A stretch of 64,000 bases of DNA, taken from the NCBI GenBank assembly GCA_001793945.1, contig MGIW01000005.1:57923-121922 (forward strand). The letters run 5' to 3'. Below are positions 1 through 10,291 of the stretch, in pieces. The notes beneath the pieces were generated by a model. It ran no database searches, was not told the origin of the DNA, and saw nothing but the letters and a program-made list of their open reading frames with translations. Position 1 is the stretch's first letter. Every line of letters starts with the position of its first letter. The DNA comes from Candidatus Wolfebacteria bacterium RIFOXYD12_FULL_48_21. Lineage in GTDB: Bacteria > Patescibacteriota > Minisyncoccia > UBA6257 > UBA9933. A program made the translations under genes and the position numbers.

Positions 1-8
1 CGAAGCAG

Positions 9-2189
9 TTGTTTAGTCGGGTCGCAACTCATATCACGCTCTCATCGCTGTTTTATGATACGAAGGTATACCAGCGCAGGCCCGGAGGGACCGAGCATCG
101 CGTTGAAGAAGTGGATTATGCAAAGCTCGCCGGCAAGCTCGCCATAGGATCATATAAGTTGAATGTATTCCATGTCGAAGCATTACATCGGCTGTTTGCG
201 CGCAATGCGGCGAACAGACAGATAAAGGTGTCATGGAGCGAACTGCTTGATCTGTTCAAGAAGGGATATTTTGATAAATACACCGAAGAACTAGAGGGGT
301 ACTATAACCTGATGGTCGGGCGGAAGTTTTTGCCGAACACGCCGGCGATCGCGAACTTTGGAAACCATCTCGGCATGGGAAGCGCATGTTTTACATTGGG
401 TGTTGCGGATTCTATCGAATTGATCATGGATACGCTCAAGTCCGCGGCGGTTATATTTAAGTCGGGTGGTGGCGTAGGCTATAACTTTTCACATTTGCGA
501 CCGGAAGGCGATTTTGTGAAAACGACAGGAGGCACTGCTTCGGGGCCAATCAGCTTCATGTCCATGTTCGATAACATGACCGAGGTCATCAAGCAAGGCG
601 GCATTCGCCGAGGCGCGAACATGGGTATTTTAAACAGCAACCATCCCGATATAGAAAAGTTCATCAAGGCAAAAGAGGGCAACAAGGCGTTGCGCAATTT
701 TAATATTTCGGTCATGTTGATGCCGGAGTTCTGGAAAGCGCTTGAAGAAGGGAAGCCGTATCAGCTGTTGAATCCGAGGAGCGGTAAGGTGGTAAAAGAA
801 GTGGATCCGGAACAGTTGTTTGATCTTATTGCCTATCAGGCATGGGAATCGGCAGAGCCGGGAGCGTTGTTCTTTGATAATATCAACGAGCATAATCCGT
901 TCTTGAAATCCATGGGCCCGATCGAAAGCACGAACCCGTGCGGCGAAGTGGTCTTGTACCCATATGAAAGTTGCAATCTTGGCTCGATCAATGTATGGAG
1001 CTATGCGGAAAAGAACGGAGGCAAGAAGGCAATATTCAATTGGGAGCGTCTTGCGGCTGACATTCAGGTTTCGATGCGTCTGCTTGATAATGTCATCGAT
1101 GTAAACAAATATCCGATGCCCGAGATTGAAGCCATGACATTGGCAACCAGAAAGATCGGTTTTGGCATGATGGGCCTCGGCGACCTGTTGTACGAACTTG
1201 AGATCCCGTACGATTCCAAGGAAGGTTTCGCGTTCATGGAGGAGCTTATGGAGTTCTTAAATTATCAGACCAAGGTCGCATCCGTCGATCTTGCAAAGGA
1301 GCGCGGCCGCATGCCGATGTTTGATAAGTCTTCATACAAAGATGGCAAGATGCCTTTCTCGGCATTTAAAGACAAAAAATCGTGGAGGCAGGATTGGAAG
1401 GGATTGGTCGAGAAGGTAAAGAAGTACGGCATCCGCAACGGGTTTACCACGGTGCTCGCACCGACGGGTTCCATTTCGATGATCGCGGGATGTTCGTCGG
1501 GAATCGAACCGGTTTTCAGTCTTGTGTTTGAAAAAAGCATATCAATCGGCAGTTTCTTTTATGTCGATCCGGTGTTTGAAGATCGCATGCAACGGGAAGG
1601 GTTGATGGACGACGCGCTCTTAAAGGATGTTTCGTCGACCGCGGGAAGCGTGCGAAGCATCGGTTACATGCCTCCGAAATTGAAGAAGGTATTTGTGACA
1701 TCTATGGATATCGCGCCGAAGGATCATGTGCGGGTGCTCGCCATTTTGCAGCGCTGGACCGATTCTTCCATTTCTAAAACAAATAACTTGCCGGCAACGG
1801 CGACCGTTGATGATATTAAAGAGATTTATCTGTTGGCGCATGAACTGGGGTGCAAGGGCGTTACCGTGTATCGCGATAAATCATTGACGGCTCAGGTGCT
1901 GAACGCAGGTACCAAGAAAGGAGATAAGGAGCGGGAAGATAAAAGAAAGGAAAGCGAAATGACCGTCATCAAGGATGAAAAAGCGAAAGGAATGACGATC
2001 TACCATAAGGCGGGGGCGGTCACGAGCGCGGTAGAACTCGGCCTGTCGCCGGCACCTTCGACGCTCAACGCGGAAGATTTCACCGGCTCGCTAAAGGAAC
2101 TGACTCATTGCCCAAGCTGTAAAACAAAGCTGGTGCGGCAAGAAGGTTGCCGCAAATGCCCAAACTGCGGCTGGGGATTGTGTAGCTAA
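9..2189 (+). CDS. nrdJ: Class II (adenosylcobalamin-dependent) ribonucleotide reductase, 5' end beyond the window
   Basis: FLPNTP, SACF, GGGVG, RRGANMG, TNPCGE and LAPTGSIS motifs; C-terminal CPSC..CRKCPNC zinc ribbon; no NrdB nearby; frame open to window edge. Confidence 0.92.
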   Translation: MFSRVATHITLSSLFYDTKVYQRRPGGTEHRVEEVDYAKLAGKLAIGSYKLNVFHVEALHRLFARNAANRQIKVSWSELLDLFKKGYFDKYTEELEGYYNLMVGRKFLPNTPAIANFGNHLGMGSACFTLGVADSIELIMDTLKSAAVIFKSGGGVGYNFSHLRPEGDFVKTTGGTASGPISFMSMFDNMTEVIKQGGIRRGANMGILNSNHPDIEKFIKAKEGNKALRNFNISVMLMPEFWKALEEGKPYQLLNPRSGKVVKEVDPEQLFDLIAYQAWESAEPGALFFDNINEHNPFLKSMGPIESTNPCGEVVLYPYESCNLGSINVWSYAEKNGGKKAIFNWERLAADIQVSMRLLDNVIDVNKYPMPEIEAMTLATRKIGFGMMGLGDLLYELEIPYDSKEGFAFMEELMEFLNYQTKVASVDLAKERGRMPMFDKSSYKDGKMPFSAFKDKKSWRQDWKGLVEKVKKYGIRNGFTTVLAPTGSISMIAGCSSGIEPVFSLVFEKSISIGSFFYVDPVFEDRMQREGLMDDALLKDVSSTAGSVRSIGYMPPKLKKVFVTSMDIAPKDHVRVLAILQRWTDSSISKTNNLPATATVDDIKEIYLLAHELGCKGVTVYRDKSLTAQVLNAGTKKGDKEREDKRKESEMTVIKDEKAKGMTIYHKAGAVTSAVELGLSPAPSTLNAEDFTGSLKELTHCPSCKTKLVRQEGCRKCPNCGWGLCS

Positions 2190-2316
2190 CGGCGCGAAAC
2201 GAAGAAAAACGAAACACGAAAAATGGATCAAGCAAAAAGGCACGCGTAGCGTGCCTTTTTGGCGAGTTTTCCATATTCCGTTTTTCATTTTTCGAAATCC
2301 TTGATATACTCCCATC

Positions 2317-2967
2317 ATGAGCAACAAAGGAAAAGAGATATTGACATGGGTGGTGTTGGCAATCGGCCTCAGTGCTATCGTAGCCGGAATCTATGGCGCA
2401 GTTGCGCAACCGGGAGAGATAGGTAAAGAAGCCGGTAGTCTTGTTGCTCCGGTGACGGCGACAGATAAAACAAAAGGCAGCGCAGCAGCAAAGGTGACTG
2501 TCGTCGAGTATAGCGATTTTGAATGCCCCGCGTGCAGTTATTTCTACGGCATGCTTAAAAAGCTTGAAGAGGAAAAGGGCGATGCGGTGCGGATCGTGTA
2601 CCGCCATTTCCCGTTGCCACGGCACCGATATGCGCGCATAACGGCACAAGCGGCCGAGGCCGCCGGCATGCAGGGAAAGTTTTGGGAAATGCACGACATG
2701 CTGTTTGAAAAGCAAAAAGAATGGTCAAGGAGTGAAGACATTCAAGGGATACTGATCGGATATGCGAGCGCGATAGGGATAGACACCGCACTGTTCATAA
2801 ATGACTTGAAAAGAGCGGATATTGATGAAAAGATCGATCGTGATATGGCACTGGGCGTTGAACAGAAAATAGAAGGAACTCCGACATTCTTTTTGAATGG
2901 GAATATGATTCAATTCCGGTCATATGAAGAACTAAAACAGCTAGTTGAGGCGGAATTAAGCAAGTGA
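2317..2967 (+). CDS. DsbA-family thioredoxin-fold protein with N-terminal membrane anchor
   Basis: EYSDFECPAC active site, YRHFPL, GTPTFFLNG cis-Pro loop. Confidence 0.92.
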   Translation: MSNKGKEILTWVVLAIGLSAIVAGIYGAVAQPGEIGKEAGSLVAPVTATDKTKGSAAAKVTVVEYSDFECPACSYFYGMLKKLEEEKGDAVRIVYRHFPLPRHRYARITAQAAEAAGMQGKFWEMHDMLFEKQKEWSRSEDIQGILIGYASAIGIDTALFINDLKRADIDEKIDRDMALGVEQKIEGTPTFFLNGNMIQFRSYEELKQLVEAELSK

Positions 2968-3104
2968 GAATCTCTCGCATTGTCATTCCGAGTGAGGCGG
3001 TACTCCGCGGAATCGAGGAATCTGTTTCTGGTTGTGTTATACCGGCGGGTGAGGGCCTGCCCTCGACCTGATCGGAGGCCGGAATCCAGTACTACTATAA
3101 CGGT

Positions 3105-3524
3105 ATGAAAAAAAATCTGACAATTTGGGCAATACTCGCGTTGAGCACTATTGGCTTCATTGACTCGGTCTATTTGGCGCTAAAGATCCTTTTGAGCTCT
3201 CCCATAACCTGTTCTGCCTTTGGCGGCGGGTGCGATATTGTCGCGCAATCAAAATATAGCGCCATAGTGGGCGTACCGCTCTCGATGCTGGGTGTGTTGT
3301 TCTACGCGGCGATTATTATCGGCATAACATATTATCTGCAAAGGCGAACAATTAAGTCCCTGGAGTGGATAGCATACGGCTTGCTATTTGGCGGATTGTT
3401 CTCGATTTACCTGCTTGCTCTGCAGGCGTTTGTCATTGAAGCATGGTGCTTGTATTGCGTGGTGGCAGACGCAATCGGGATCGCAAATGCGCTATTGGCG
3501 ATCCGGCTATTGCGAATGAAATAA
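3105..3524 (+). CDS. Vitamin K epoxide reductase (VKOR) family protein
   Basis: C..GGGCDIVAQSKYS, WCLYC motif, four hydrophobic helices; adjacent to DsbA. Confidence 0.9.
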   Translation: MKKNLTIWAILALSTIGFIDSVYLALKILLSSPITCSAFGGGCDIVAQSKYSAIVGVPLSMLGVLFYAAIIIGITYYLQRRTIKSLEWIAYGLLFGGLFSIYLLALQAFVIEAWCLYCVVADAIGIANALLAIRLLRMK

Positions 3525-3578
3525 TGGTAAAAACCCCGTTCCTGGGCAAGGAACGGGGTGGGGGGGGTCTGCATACCC

Positions 3579-3607
3579 TTGACAATTACATAATTATGAT
3601 AAATAAT
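3579..3607 (+). promoter_or_regulatory. Sigma70-type promoter of the AAA ATPase gene
   Basis: TTGACA followed about 17 nt later by an AATAAT/TAAAT -10-like box. Confidence 0.5.
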
Positions 3608-3637
3608 GTAACTAATATTACATATTTTATATAAATT

Positions 3638-4771
3638 ATGAAATTAATCAAGCGAATCGCCCAGAAAAATATAGAAAAGGAGCTTTTTAAAGGGAGGGTT
3701 GTTGTAATTTATGGGGCAAGGCAGGTGGGAAAAACGACACTCGCGAAGGAAATTCTTACAAAATATCCCGATGATGGGGTGTATATTAATTGCGAGCAAT
3801 ATGAGGTGAGGCAGGGATTATCCGTGCGGAGCGCAGAAAGAATAAAAGCATTTATCGGAAATAAAAAACTTGTCATACTTGATGAAGCGCAACAAATACC
3901 GGAGATAGGGTTGATTTTGAAGTTAATGGTAGATACATACCCGGAGATGCAGGTCATCGCGACGGGGTCTTCGAGCTTTGATCTCATGAATAGCGTTGGA
4001 GAGCCGCTTGTCGGTAGGGCATCATGGTTCACGCTTTATCCGATCAGTCTTGAAGAAGTCGAACAGGACAAGACATTGTTTGGTGTTGAAGCACATCTTG
4101 AACATATGATGCGGTTCGGATCATACCCGGCGATCTGCTTTGAACCAGAGGAGGGTGCGATGCGAAAATTGGATGCGCTCGCTTCGGGATATTTATATAA
4201 AGATATTCTTGCATTTGAGGGGATACAAAAATCGGGCATATTGGTAAAGTTGACGCAACTTTTGGCACTGCAGGTAGGGAATGAAGTATCGCTCAGCGAA
4301 CTGGCGACGGTATTGGGAATTAGTAGACAATCGGTTTCGAAATATATAGATATTTTGGAAAAATCATTCATCATATTTCGACTACGGGCGTTGAGTAGAA
4401 ATTTGCGGAAAGAAATAGCAAAATCGGAGAAGGTGTATTTCTATGATCTTGGGATCCGTAACGCGGTCATTAGAAATTACAACCCACTGGCGATGCGTAA
4501 TGATGTCGGCGCATTATGGGAGAATTTAATGATCGTCGAGCGGATGAAGCGGAACAGTTACCATGGGCATTTCGCCAATATATATTTTTGGAGAACATAT
4601 GATCAAAAAGAAATTGATTTGATCGAGGAATATGGGGGCCGCCTACAGGGGTATGAATTTAAATGGGGGAATGCCACAGCGCGCGTACCGAAGCTATTTA
4701 TCGAGACATATAAAGATGCTACATGGCAGTTGGTGAATCGTAACAACTATTGGGATTTTATCGGAAAGTAA
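3638..4771 (+). CDS. AAA_14-family ATPase with C-terminal DUF4143 domain
   Basis: GARQVGKTT Walker A, ILDEAQ Walker B, ATGSSS, KVYFYDLGIRN, YFWRT..QKEIDLI..EFKW. Confidence 0.88.
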   Translation: MKLIKRIAQKNIEKELFKGRVVVIYGARQVGKTTLAKEILTKYPDDGVYINCEQYEVRQGLSVRSAERIKAFIGNKKLVILDEAQQIPEIGLILKLMVDTYPEMQVIATGSSSFDLMNSVGEPLVGRASWFTLYPISLEEVEQDKTLFGVEAHLEHMMRFGSYPAICFEPEEGAMRKLDALASGYLYKDILAFEGIQKSGILVKLTQLLALQVGNEVSLSELATVLGISRQSVSKYIDILEKSFIIFRLRALSRNLRKEIAKSEKVYFYDLGIRNAVIRNYNPLAMRNDVGALWENLMIVERMKRNSYHGHFANIYFWRTYDQKEIDLIEEYGGRLQGYEFKWGNATARVPKLFIETYKDATWQLVNRNNYWDFIGK

Positions 4772-4824
4772 TGGAGAACCCCCGTTCCTTGCTCAGGAAC
4801 GGGGTTTTTTGGTATGGTATAGGC

Positions 4825-7800
4825 ATGTTAAAGGGAAGAAAAAAGTTTACTCCGAGCGAAGTGGAATCGGAAGTTTTGGAGTTTTGGAAACAAGACAAAA
4901 CATTCGAACGATCGGTCAAGAAACCTGCTCCGAAAGGGGAGTATGTATTTTACGATGGACCTCCGTTTGCGACCGGATTGCCCCACTATGGGCATATTTT
5001 GCAGAGCGTCATCAAGGATGTTGTTCCGCGATATCAGACCATGAACGGCAAGCGCGTGGAGCGTCGCTGGGGTTGGGATTGCCACGGATTGCCGGTTGAG
5101 AATTTGATCGAAAAGGAGCTGGGGCTTGAGACGAAAAAAGATATCGAAAATCTTGGTGTAGAGACCTTCAACGAAGCCGCGCGAGGCAGTGTTATGTCAT
5201 ATGCGCACGATTGGAAGAATATCATTCCGCGCATCGGCCGCTGGGTGGAAATGGAGAAAGACTACAAGACCATGGATGCGAGCTTTACTGAATCGGTAAT
5301 GTGGGTATTCAAGACGCTTTATGACAAAGGGCTGGTCTACGAAGGTCGCAAATCCATGCATGTGTGCCCGCGTTGCGAGACATCGTTGTCCAATTTTGAA
5401 GTTGCGTTGAACTATAAAGATATCGATGATATATCGACCTATGTAAAGTTTGCCGTTGCGGGAGAAAAAAATACCTACTTCATCGCATGGACGACCACGC
5501 CATGGACATTGCCGGGCAATGTGGCGCTGGCGATCAACGCAAAGGCGGAATATGTGACTGTTGAAGCAAGGACTGAAGCGGGTAAGGAGCGCTATATTCT
5601 GGCGAAGGATCGTCTTGCTATTATCGATGGGGAATATGTGATCGTAAAAACGGTAAAGGGCAAAGAGTTGGCCGGTACGGCATATGTGCCGCTGTTTGAT
5701 TACTATCAAAAAGGCGAATTGGAAAACCGCGAAAATGGCTGGAAGGTCTATGCGGCCGATTTTGTGACCATGGAAGACGGTTCGGGTATTGTGCATATCG
5801 CGCCGGCGTTCGGTGTCGACGATATGGAGGTAGCTCGCAAAGAAAAACTGCCATTTGTGCAGCATGTGGCCATGGATGGGCATTTCAAGCCGGAGGTGAA
5901 GGATTTCCCGGGATTGGCGGTAAAGCCGCGGGGAGACCACAAGGCGACCGATATAGAGGTCATCAAGTGGCTTGCGCACCATGGTAATTTGCTCAAGAAG
6001 CAAAAGCTGGTCCACTCATATCCGCATTGCTGGCGCTGTGAAACGCCGTTGCTGAACTACGCAACATCATCATGGTTCGTGGAAGTGACCAAGATCCGCG
6101 ATACAAAGAACGGGTTGGTGGAAAATAATAAAAAGGTCAACTGGATCCCAGGGCATATCAAAACGGGGCGTTTTGGCAACTGGGTGGCAGATGCGCGCGA
6201 TTGGGCCGTTTCCCGCTCGCGATTTTGGGGTGCACCCATTCCGGTATGGCGTTGCGATGAGTGTGGCGAGATAAAAGTAATGGGTTCCATTGCGGATATC
6301 AAAAAGAATGTGCCGAAATCGGGTAATGTTTATTTTACATTGCGCCATGGCGAGTCGCAGAATAACGCGCTCAATTTGGCAAGCTCAAATCCGAAGAACA
6401 CATATCATCTGACAAATAAAGGCAAGGCGCAGGTAGAAAAATCGGTTAAGGCATTCATAAAGCAGCTCAAGGGAAAGAAGATCGATCTGATCGTATCGTC
6501 TGATTTTGCACGGGCTCACGAAACGGCGGAACTCACCGCAAAGCTGCTCGGGTACGGAGCGAAGATCGTCATCGACAAGCGGTTGCGCGAGATCGACTGC
6601 GGCATTTTTGATGACAAGCCGATCGGTGAGTATCATGCGTATTTTGCATCGCTGGAAGAAAAGTTTATCAAGACCGCGCCGAAAGGAGAGAGTTTGAACG
6701 ATGTAAAAAAGCGCATAACGGAATTCGTATACGAAATTGATGCGAAGTATAAAGGGAAAAACATTTTGATCGTAAGTCATGAGTATCCCATTTGGGCGCT
6801 CTTTGCGGGTGTGCAAGGGTTCGATGGCAGAAAAGCGGTCGCCATGCGCAAGCCGAACAAGGACTTTATCGTCAATGCCGAAATAAAGAAATTGGATTTC
6901 AGCGTTATTCCGCATAACAAAAATTATGAACTGGATTTGCATCGCCCGTACATCGACCGGGTGGAATTGCAATGCGCAAAAGGGCACGCCATGAAGCGCG
7001 TACCGGATGTGTTTGATTGTTGGTTTGAGTCGGGTTCCATGCCGTATGGACAGGCACATTATCCGTTTGAAAATAAAAAGAAATTCGAAAAGAATTTCCC
7101 GGCAGAGTTTATTGCCGAAGCGGTTGACCAAACGCGCGGCTGGTTCTATACACTTATGGTTTTATCGACGGGCTTGTTCGGAAAGCCTGCATTTAAGAAT
7201 GTCATAACGACAGGATTGGTTCTTGCCGAAGACGGACAAAAGATGTCCAAAAAGCTGAAGAACTACCCTGATCCGATGACGATCGTGGACAAGTATGGCG
7301 CGGATGCGCTGCGCTTGTATTTGGTGTCATCGCCGATCGTTCGGGGAGAGGTGCTTAATTTTTCGGAAAAGGGTGTTGATGAATTGTACAAGAAGGTCAT
7401 TTCGCGCCTATGGAATGTATATAGTTTTTATGACATGTACGGGAAACAACTGATAACCAAAAACCAAAAACCAATAACGAAAAATGTGTTGGATACATGG
7501 ATGCTGGGTCGGCTTGATGAATTGATCGCCGAAACGACCGGCGCCATGAATAGCTATGAGCTTGACCGCGCGGTGCGCCCGATCGGTCAGTTTGTCGATG
7601 ACCTGTCGACATGGTATGTGCGTCGCTCCCGCCGCCGGTTCCAGAAGCCGGATGACAAAAAAGACTGGGAGCTCGCATCAAAAACGCTCGCGTATATTTT
7701 GTTTGAAACAAGCAAAGTAATGGCGCCGTTTACGCCGTTCTTTGCAGATGCATTGTATAAGTCGCTGAATACGAAAAAGAACGCATCCGTGCATTTGGAT

Positions 7801-8352
7801 GCGTGGCCGAAAGTCACATCGTTGGCAGTTTTGAAGGCGCATAAAAAGGCGGGGGTAATGATGGCCGAGGTGCGGACCTTGGCAAGCGTGGCGCTCGCAA
7901 AGCGCGCGCAGTTGGGCATCAAGGTGCGGCAGCCATTGTCTTCATTGACGGTCCAGTCGACCGTCGCAGGATTGAAGACAAATAAGGAGCTGTTGGCGAT
8001 CCTTGCCGACGAAGTAAATGTAAAGAATATCATCATAAAGCAATCCGTCGAGGGCATTGTCGAATTCGATACGCGTATCACACCGGAACTGTTGGAAGAG
8101 GGAATCATTCGCGAAAGTGTGCGCATGATCCAAGGGCTTCGGCAGGATGCAGGCTATGAGCCGAAGGACAAAATAACCCTGTTTGTCGACAGCGCCGCAT
8201 TGGGCGATATGGTCAAAAAATATGAAGAATTATTGAAAAAGGAAGTGGGGGCAAAGGTAATCATATTTGCCCAGGATCCGGAACATATTGATGCGTACTC
8301 CGAGCTGGTGCTCGAAGGTGATCGAATTTGGTTTGGCATCAGAAGAGCATAA
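4825..8352 (+). CDS. ileS: Isoleucyl-tRNA synthetase (type 2) with inserted histidine-phosphatase domain
   Basis: FYDGPPFATGLPHYGH, GWDCHGLPVE, WTTTPWTLP, KMSKK; ATG 4825 preferred over the ORF-track TTG 4750. Confidence 0.96.
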   Translation: MLKGRKKFTPSEVESEVLEFWKQDKTFERSVKKPAPKGEYVFYDGPPFATGLPHYGHILQSVIKDVVPRYQTMNGKRVERRWGWDCHGLPVENLIEKELGLETKKDIENLGVETFNEAARGSVMSYAHDWKNIIPRIGRWVEMEKDYKTMDASFTESVMWVFKTLYDKGLVYEGRKSMHVCPRCETSLSNFEVALNYKDIDDISTYVKFAVAGEKNTYFIAWTTTPWTLPGNVALAINAKAEYVTVEARTEAGKERYILAKDRLAIIDGEYVIVKTVKGKELAGTAYVPLFDYYQKGELENRENGWKVYAADFVTMEDGSGIVHIAPAFGVDDMEVARKEKLPFVQHVAMDGHFKPEVKDFPGLAVKPRGDHKATDIEVIKWLAHHGNLLKKQKLVHSYPHCWRCETPLLNYATSSWFVEVTKIRDTKNGLVENNKKVNWIPGHIKTGRFGNWVADARDWAVSRSRFWGAPIPVWRCDECGEIKVMGSIADIKKNVPKSGNVYFTLRHGESQNNALNLASSNPKNTYHLTNKGKAQVEKSVKAFIKQLKGKKIDLIVSSDFARAHETAELTAKLLGYGAKIVIDKRLREIDCGIFDDKPIGEYHAYFASLEEKFIKTAPKGESLNDVKKRITEFVYEIDAKYKGKNILIVSHEYPIWALFAGVQGFDGRKAVAMRKPNKDFIVNAEIKKLDFSVIPHNKNYELDLHRPYIDRVELQCAKGHAMKRVPDVFDCWFESGSMPYGQAHYPFENKKKFEKNFPAEFIAEAVDQTRGWFYTLMVLSTGLFGKPAFKNVITTGLVLAEDGQKMSKKLKNYPDPMTIVDKYGADALRLYLVSSPIVRGEVLNFSEKGVDELYKKVISRLWNVYSFYDMYGKQLITKNQKPITKNVLDTWMLGRLDELIAETTGAMNSYELDRAVRPIGQFVDDLSTWYVRRSRRRFQKPDDKKDWELASKTLAYILFETSKVMAPFTPFFADALYKSLNTKKNASVHLDAWPKVTSLAVLKAHKKAGVMMAEVRTLASVALAKRAQLGIKVRQPLSSLTVQSTVAGLKTNKELLAILADEVNVKNIIIKQSVEGIVEFDTRITPELLEEGIIRESVRMIQGLRQDAGYEPKDKITLFVDSAALGDMVKKYEELLKKEVGAKVIIFAQDPEHIDAYSELVLEGDRIWFGIRRA

Positions 8353-8436
8353 TGCTCATATATTTGTCATTCCGGCCCGTTCGTCCGCCAGCTGGCGGAT
8401 CAGGGTAAAACTCCGGCCGGAATCCAGTAAAAAGTT

Positions 8437-9252
8437 ATGATTGATATTGCAATACAGATCGTCAATTACAAAACAAAGGCATATTTATCGCGCTGTATCG
8501 AGTCGGTGCTTAAAGACATGCGGGATTCCGGTATTGTGTATCGGGTAATTGTGCTGGAAAACGGCTCAGGTGATGATCTGCGCGATCTCGAAGATAGTTA
8601 CAAAGGGGAGCTCGTGGATTTTCAGTATTCCGGTAAAAATCTTGGGTTTGGAGGTGGGCACAATGCATTGTCGAAGAAATTGGAAAGCAAGTATATATTC
8701 GCATTAAATCCCGATACGCATATAGAAAAAGGCGCCATAAAGATATTGTTTGATTTTATGGAGGCGCATCCCGAAGCGGGTATGTGCGGTCCTCGGGTGC
8801 TATTGCCTGAGAAAAATTTTTTTTGGCACAAGAAGCCATTTTGGCCGAAGCAGTTTGTCTGGAAGGAATTTTTTGAACGGTACTTCGGAATTCGTATAAT
8901 GAAAAATATTGCATTTCTTGAGCATGACCCAATTATCGGTTCGGCACTTTTTATTCGGCGCGACGCGTATGAGAAAGTGGGAGGGTTTGACGAGCATCTG
9001 TTTTTATATTTTGAGGAAGGAGACCTTTGTAATTCATTGAAGAAAGAGGGGTATGGTATATTTTTTGTATATGATGCCATAGTGGTTCATTTCTATGGGA
9101 AGAGTGATGTGTCAAAAAGAAGGAAAGTAGAGGAGTTTAAAAAGTCCCGAAGGTATTTCTATATAAAATGGTATGGCGAGGAAAAAGCAAAAGAAATGTT
9201 GGCGAAGGAAGAAAATATACTGAACGACAAGCGCCTTGAAAAGGTGCTATAA
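8437..9252 (+). CDS. Glycosyltransferase family 2
   Basis: IVNYKT, NLGFGGGHN, LNPD, GGFDEHLFLYFEEGDLC. Confidence 0.9.
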   Translation: MIDIAIQIVNYKTKAYLSRCIESVLKDMRDSGIVYRVIVLENGSGDDLRDLEDSYKGELVDFQYSGKNLGFGGGHNALSKKLESKYIFALNPDTHIEKGAIKILFDFMEAHPEAGMCGPRVLLPEKNFFWHKKPFWPKQFVWKEFFERYFGIRIMKNIAFLEHDPIIGSALFIRRDAYEKVGGFDEHLFLYFEEGDLCNSLKKEGYGIFFVYDAIVVHFYGKSDVSKRRKVEEFKKSRRYFYIKWYGEEKAKEMLAKEENILNDKRLEKVL

Positions 9253-10181
9253 TGACAGATATGCTATCCACCATATTAGTTTCACTGCCGATATTTCTGA
9301 TTATCTTTGCCGGCTGGCTATTCCAAAAGGCAAAGGTCATGGAGGGGGACTGGGTCCATCAGGCAAATGCATTTGCCTACTACGCGGCCTTGCCAGCGCT
9401 GATCGTGGTCAGTCTGTGGGATATCAATTTTCGAAGTCCCGAGATCATACGGCTTACGCTGGCGAGCCTCGCGAGCATGACGGCATTTTTGGCTGTGTTA
9501 TTTGTGGTGCTTTCGTTGTTTACTGCTATGAAGCGCGACACCAAGGCGGCAATCTTTTTGACTGCGGCAACTGGTAATACGCTCTACATGGGCATTGCAT
9601 TGGTTGAAGTGGGATTCGGGAAAGGGCAGGTGCCGGCGGCGGCCTTGGTCGGGAATATATACCTCATCATCCCGTTGGTACTTTCTATATTGGTCGTGCG
9701 CTATTGGCACACCAAAGACCATGGTATTAAGGATGAACTGATGGCATTTTTAAAAAATCCGCTGGTGTTGTCTGTGGCGCTTGGTATAGCGTTGAGTTTT
9801 GTGCCGGTGGAGCACGCAGCTGTGGCGAGCCTAAAAAAGACCATGCAAATGCTCGGCAGTACATCTTCGCCCGTTGCGTTGTTTGCATTGGGAGGGTTTT
9901 TGTACGGGAAGTTTCTCAAGAAGGACCTGCATATGGTCATGTTTATCACGGCGCTGAAAATGATCGTATTTCCGCTGGTGGTCTTCGGGATATATGCATA
10001 CTTCGCAAAGGGTGTATCTGCGGAGATACCGGTGCTGCTGGCGACTATGCCGGTTGCGGTAACCACATTCGTCATAGCGGAAAAGTTCAAGTTGAACACG
10101 GCGTTGGTGGGTAACGCGATCGTGTTTGCAACACTTATGTCGTTCATAACCGCCCCGATCATATTATTGCTATTTAAATAA
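9252..10181 (+). CDS. AEC (auxin efflux carrier) family transporter
   Basis: About 10 TM helices, ALPAL, GNTLYMG, NPLV, PVALFALG, ATMPVA. Confidence 0.85.
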   Translation: MTDMLSTILVSLPIFLIIFAGWLFQKAKVMEGDWVHQANAFAYYAALPALIVVSLWDINFRSPEIIRLTLASLASMTAFLAVLFVVLSLFTAMKRDTKAAIFLTAATGNTLYMGIALVEVGFGKGQVPAAALVGNIYLIIPLVLSILVVRYWHTKDHGIKDELMAFLKNPLVLSVALGIALSFVPVEHAAVASLKKTMQMLGSTSSPVALFALGGFLYGKFLKKDLHMVMFITALKMIVFPLVVFGIYAYFAKGVSAEIPVLLATMPVAVTTFVIAEKFKLNTALVGNAIVFATLMSFITAPIILLLFK

Positions 10182-10291
10182 ATATGTGTTCGCTGTCATC
10201 CTGAGCGGATCCGTCAGCAGACGGAGGAGCCGAAGGATCTGAAGCAGATTCCTCGGCAAGCTCGGAATGACAAGAGGGTGCAATTAAAACC

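Noticed and set aside
6320-6900. IleRS insertion as an intein
   Set aside because: No Cys/Ser start or His-Asn end; motifs are those of a histidine phosphatase
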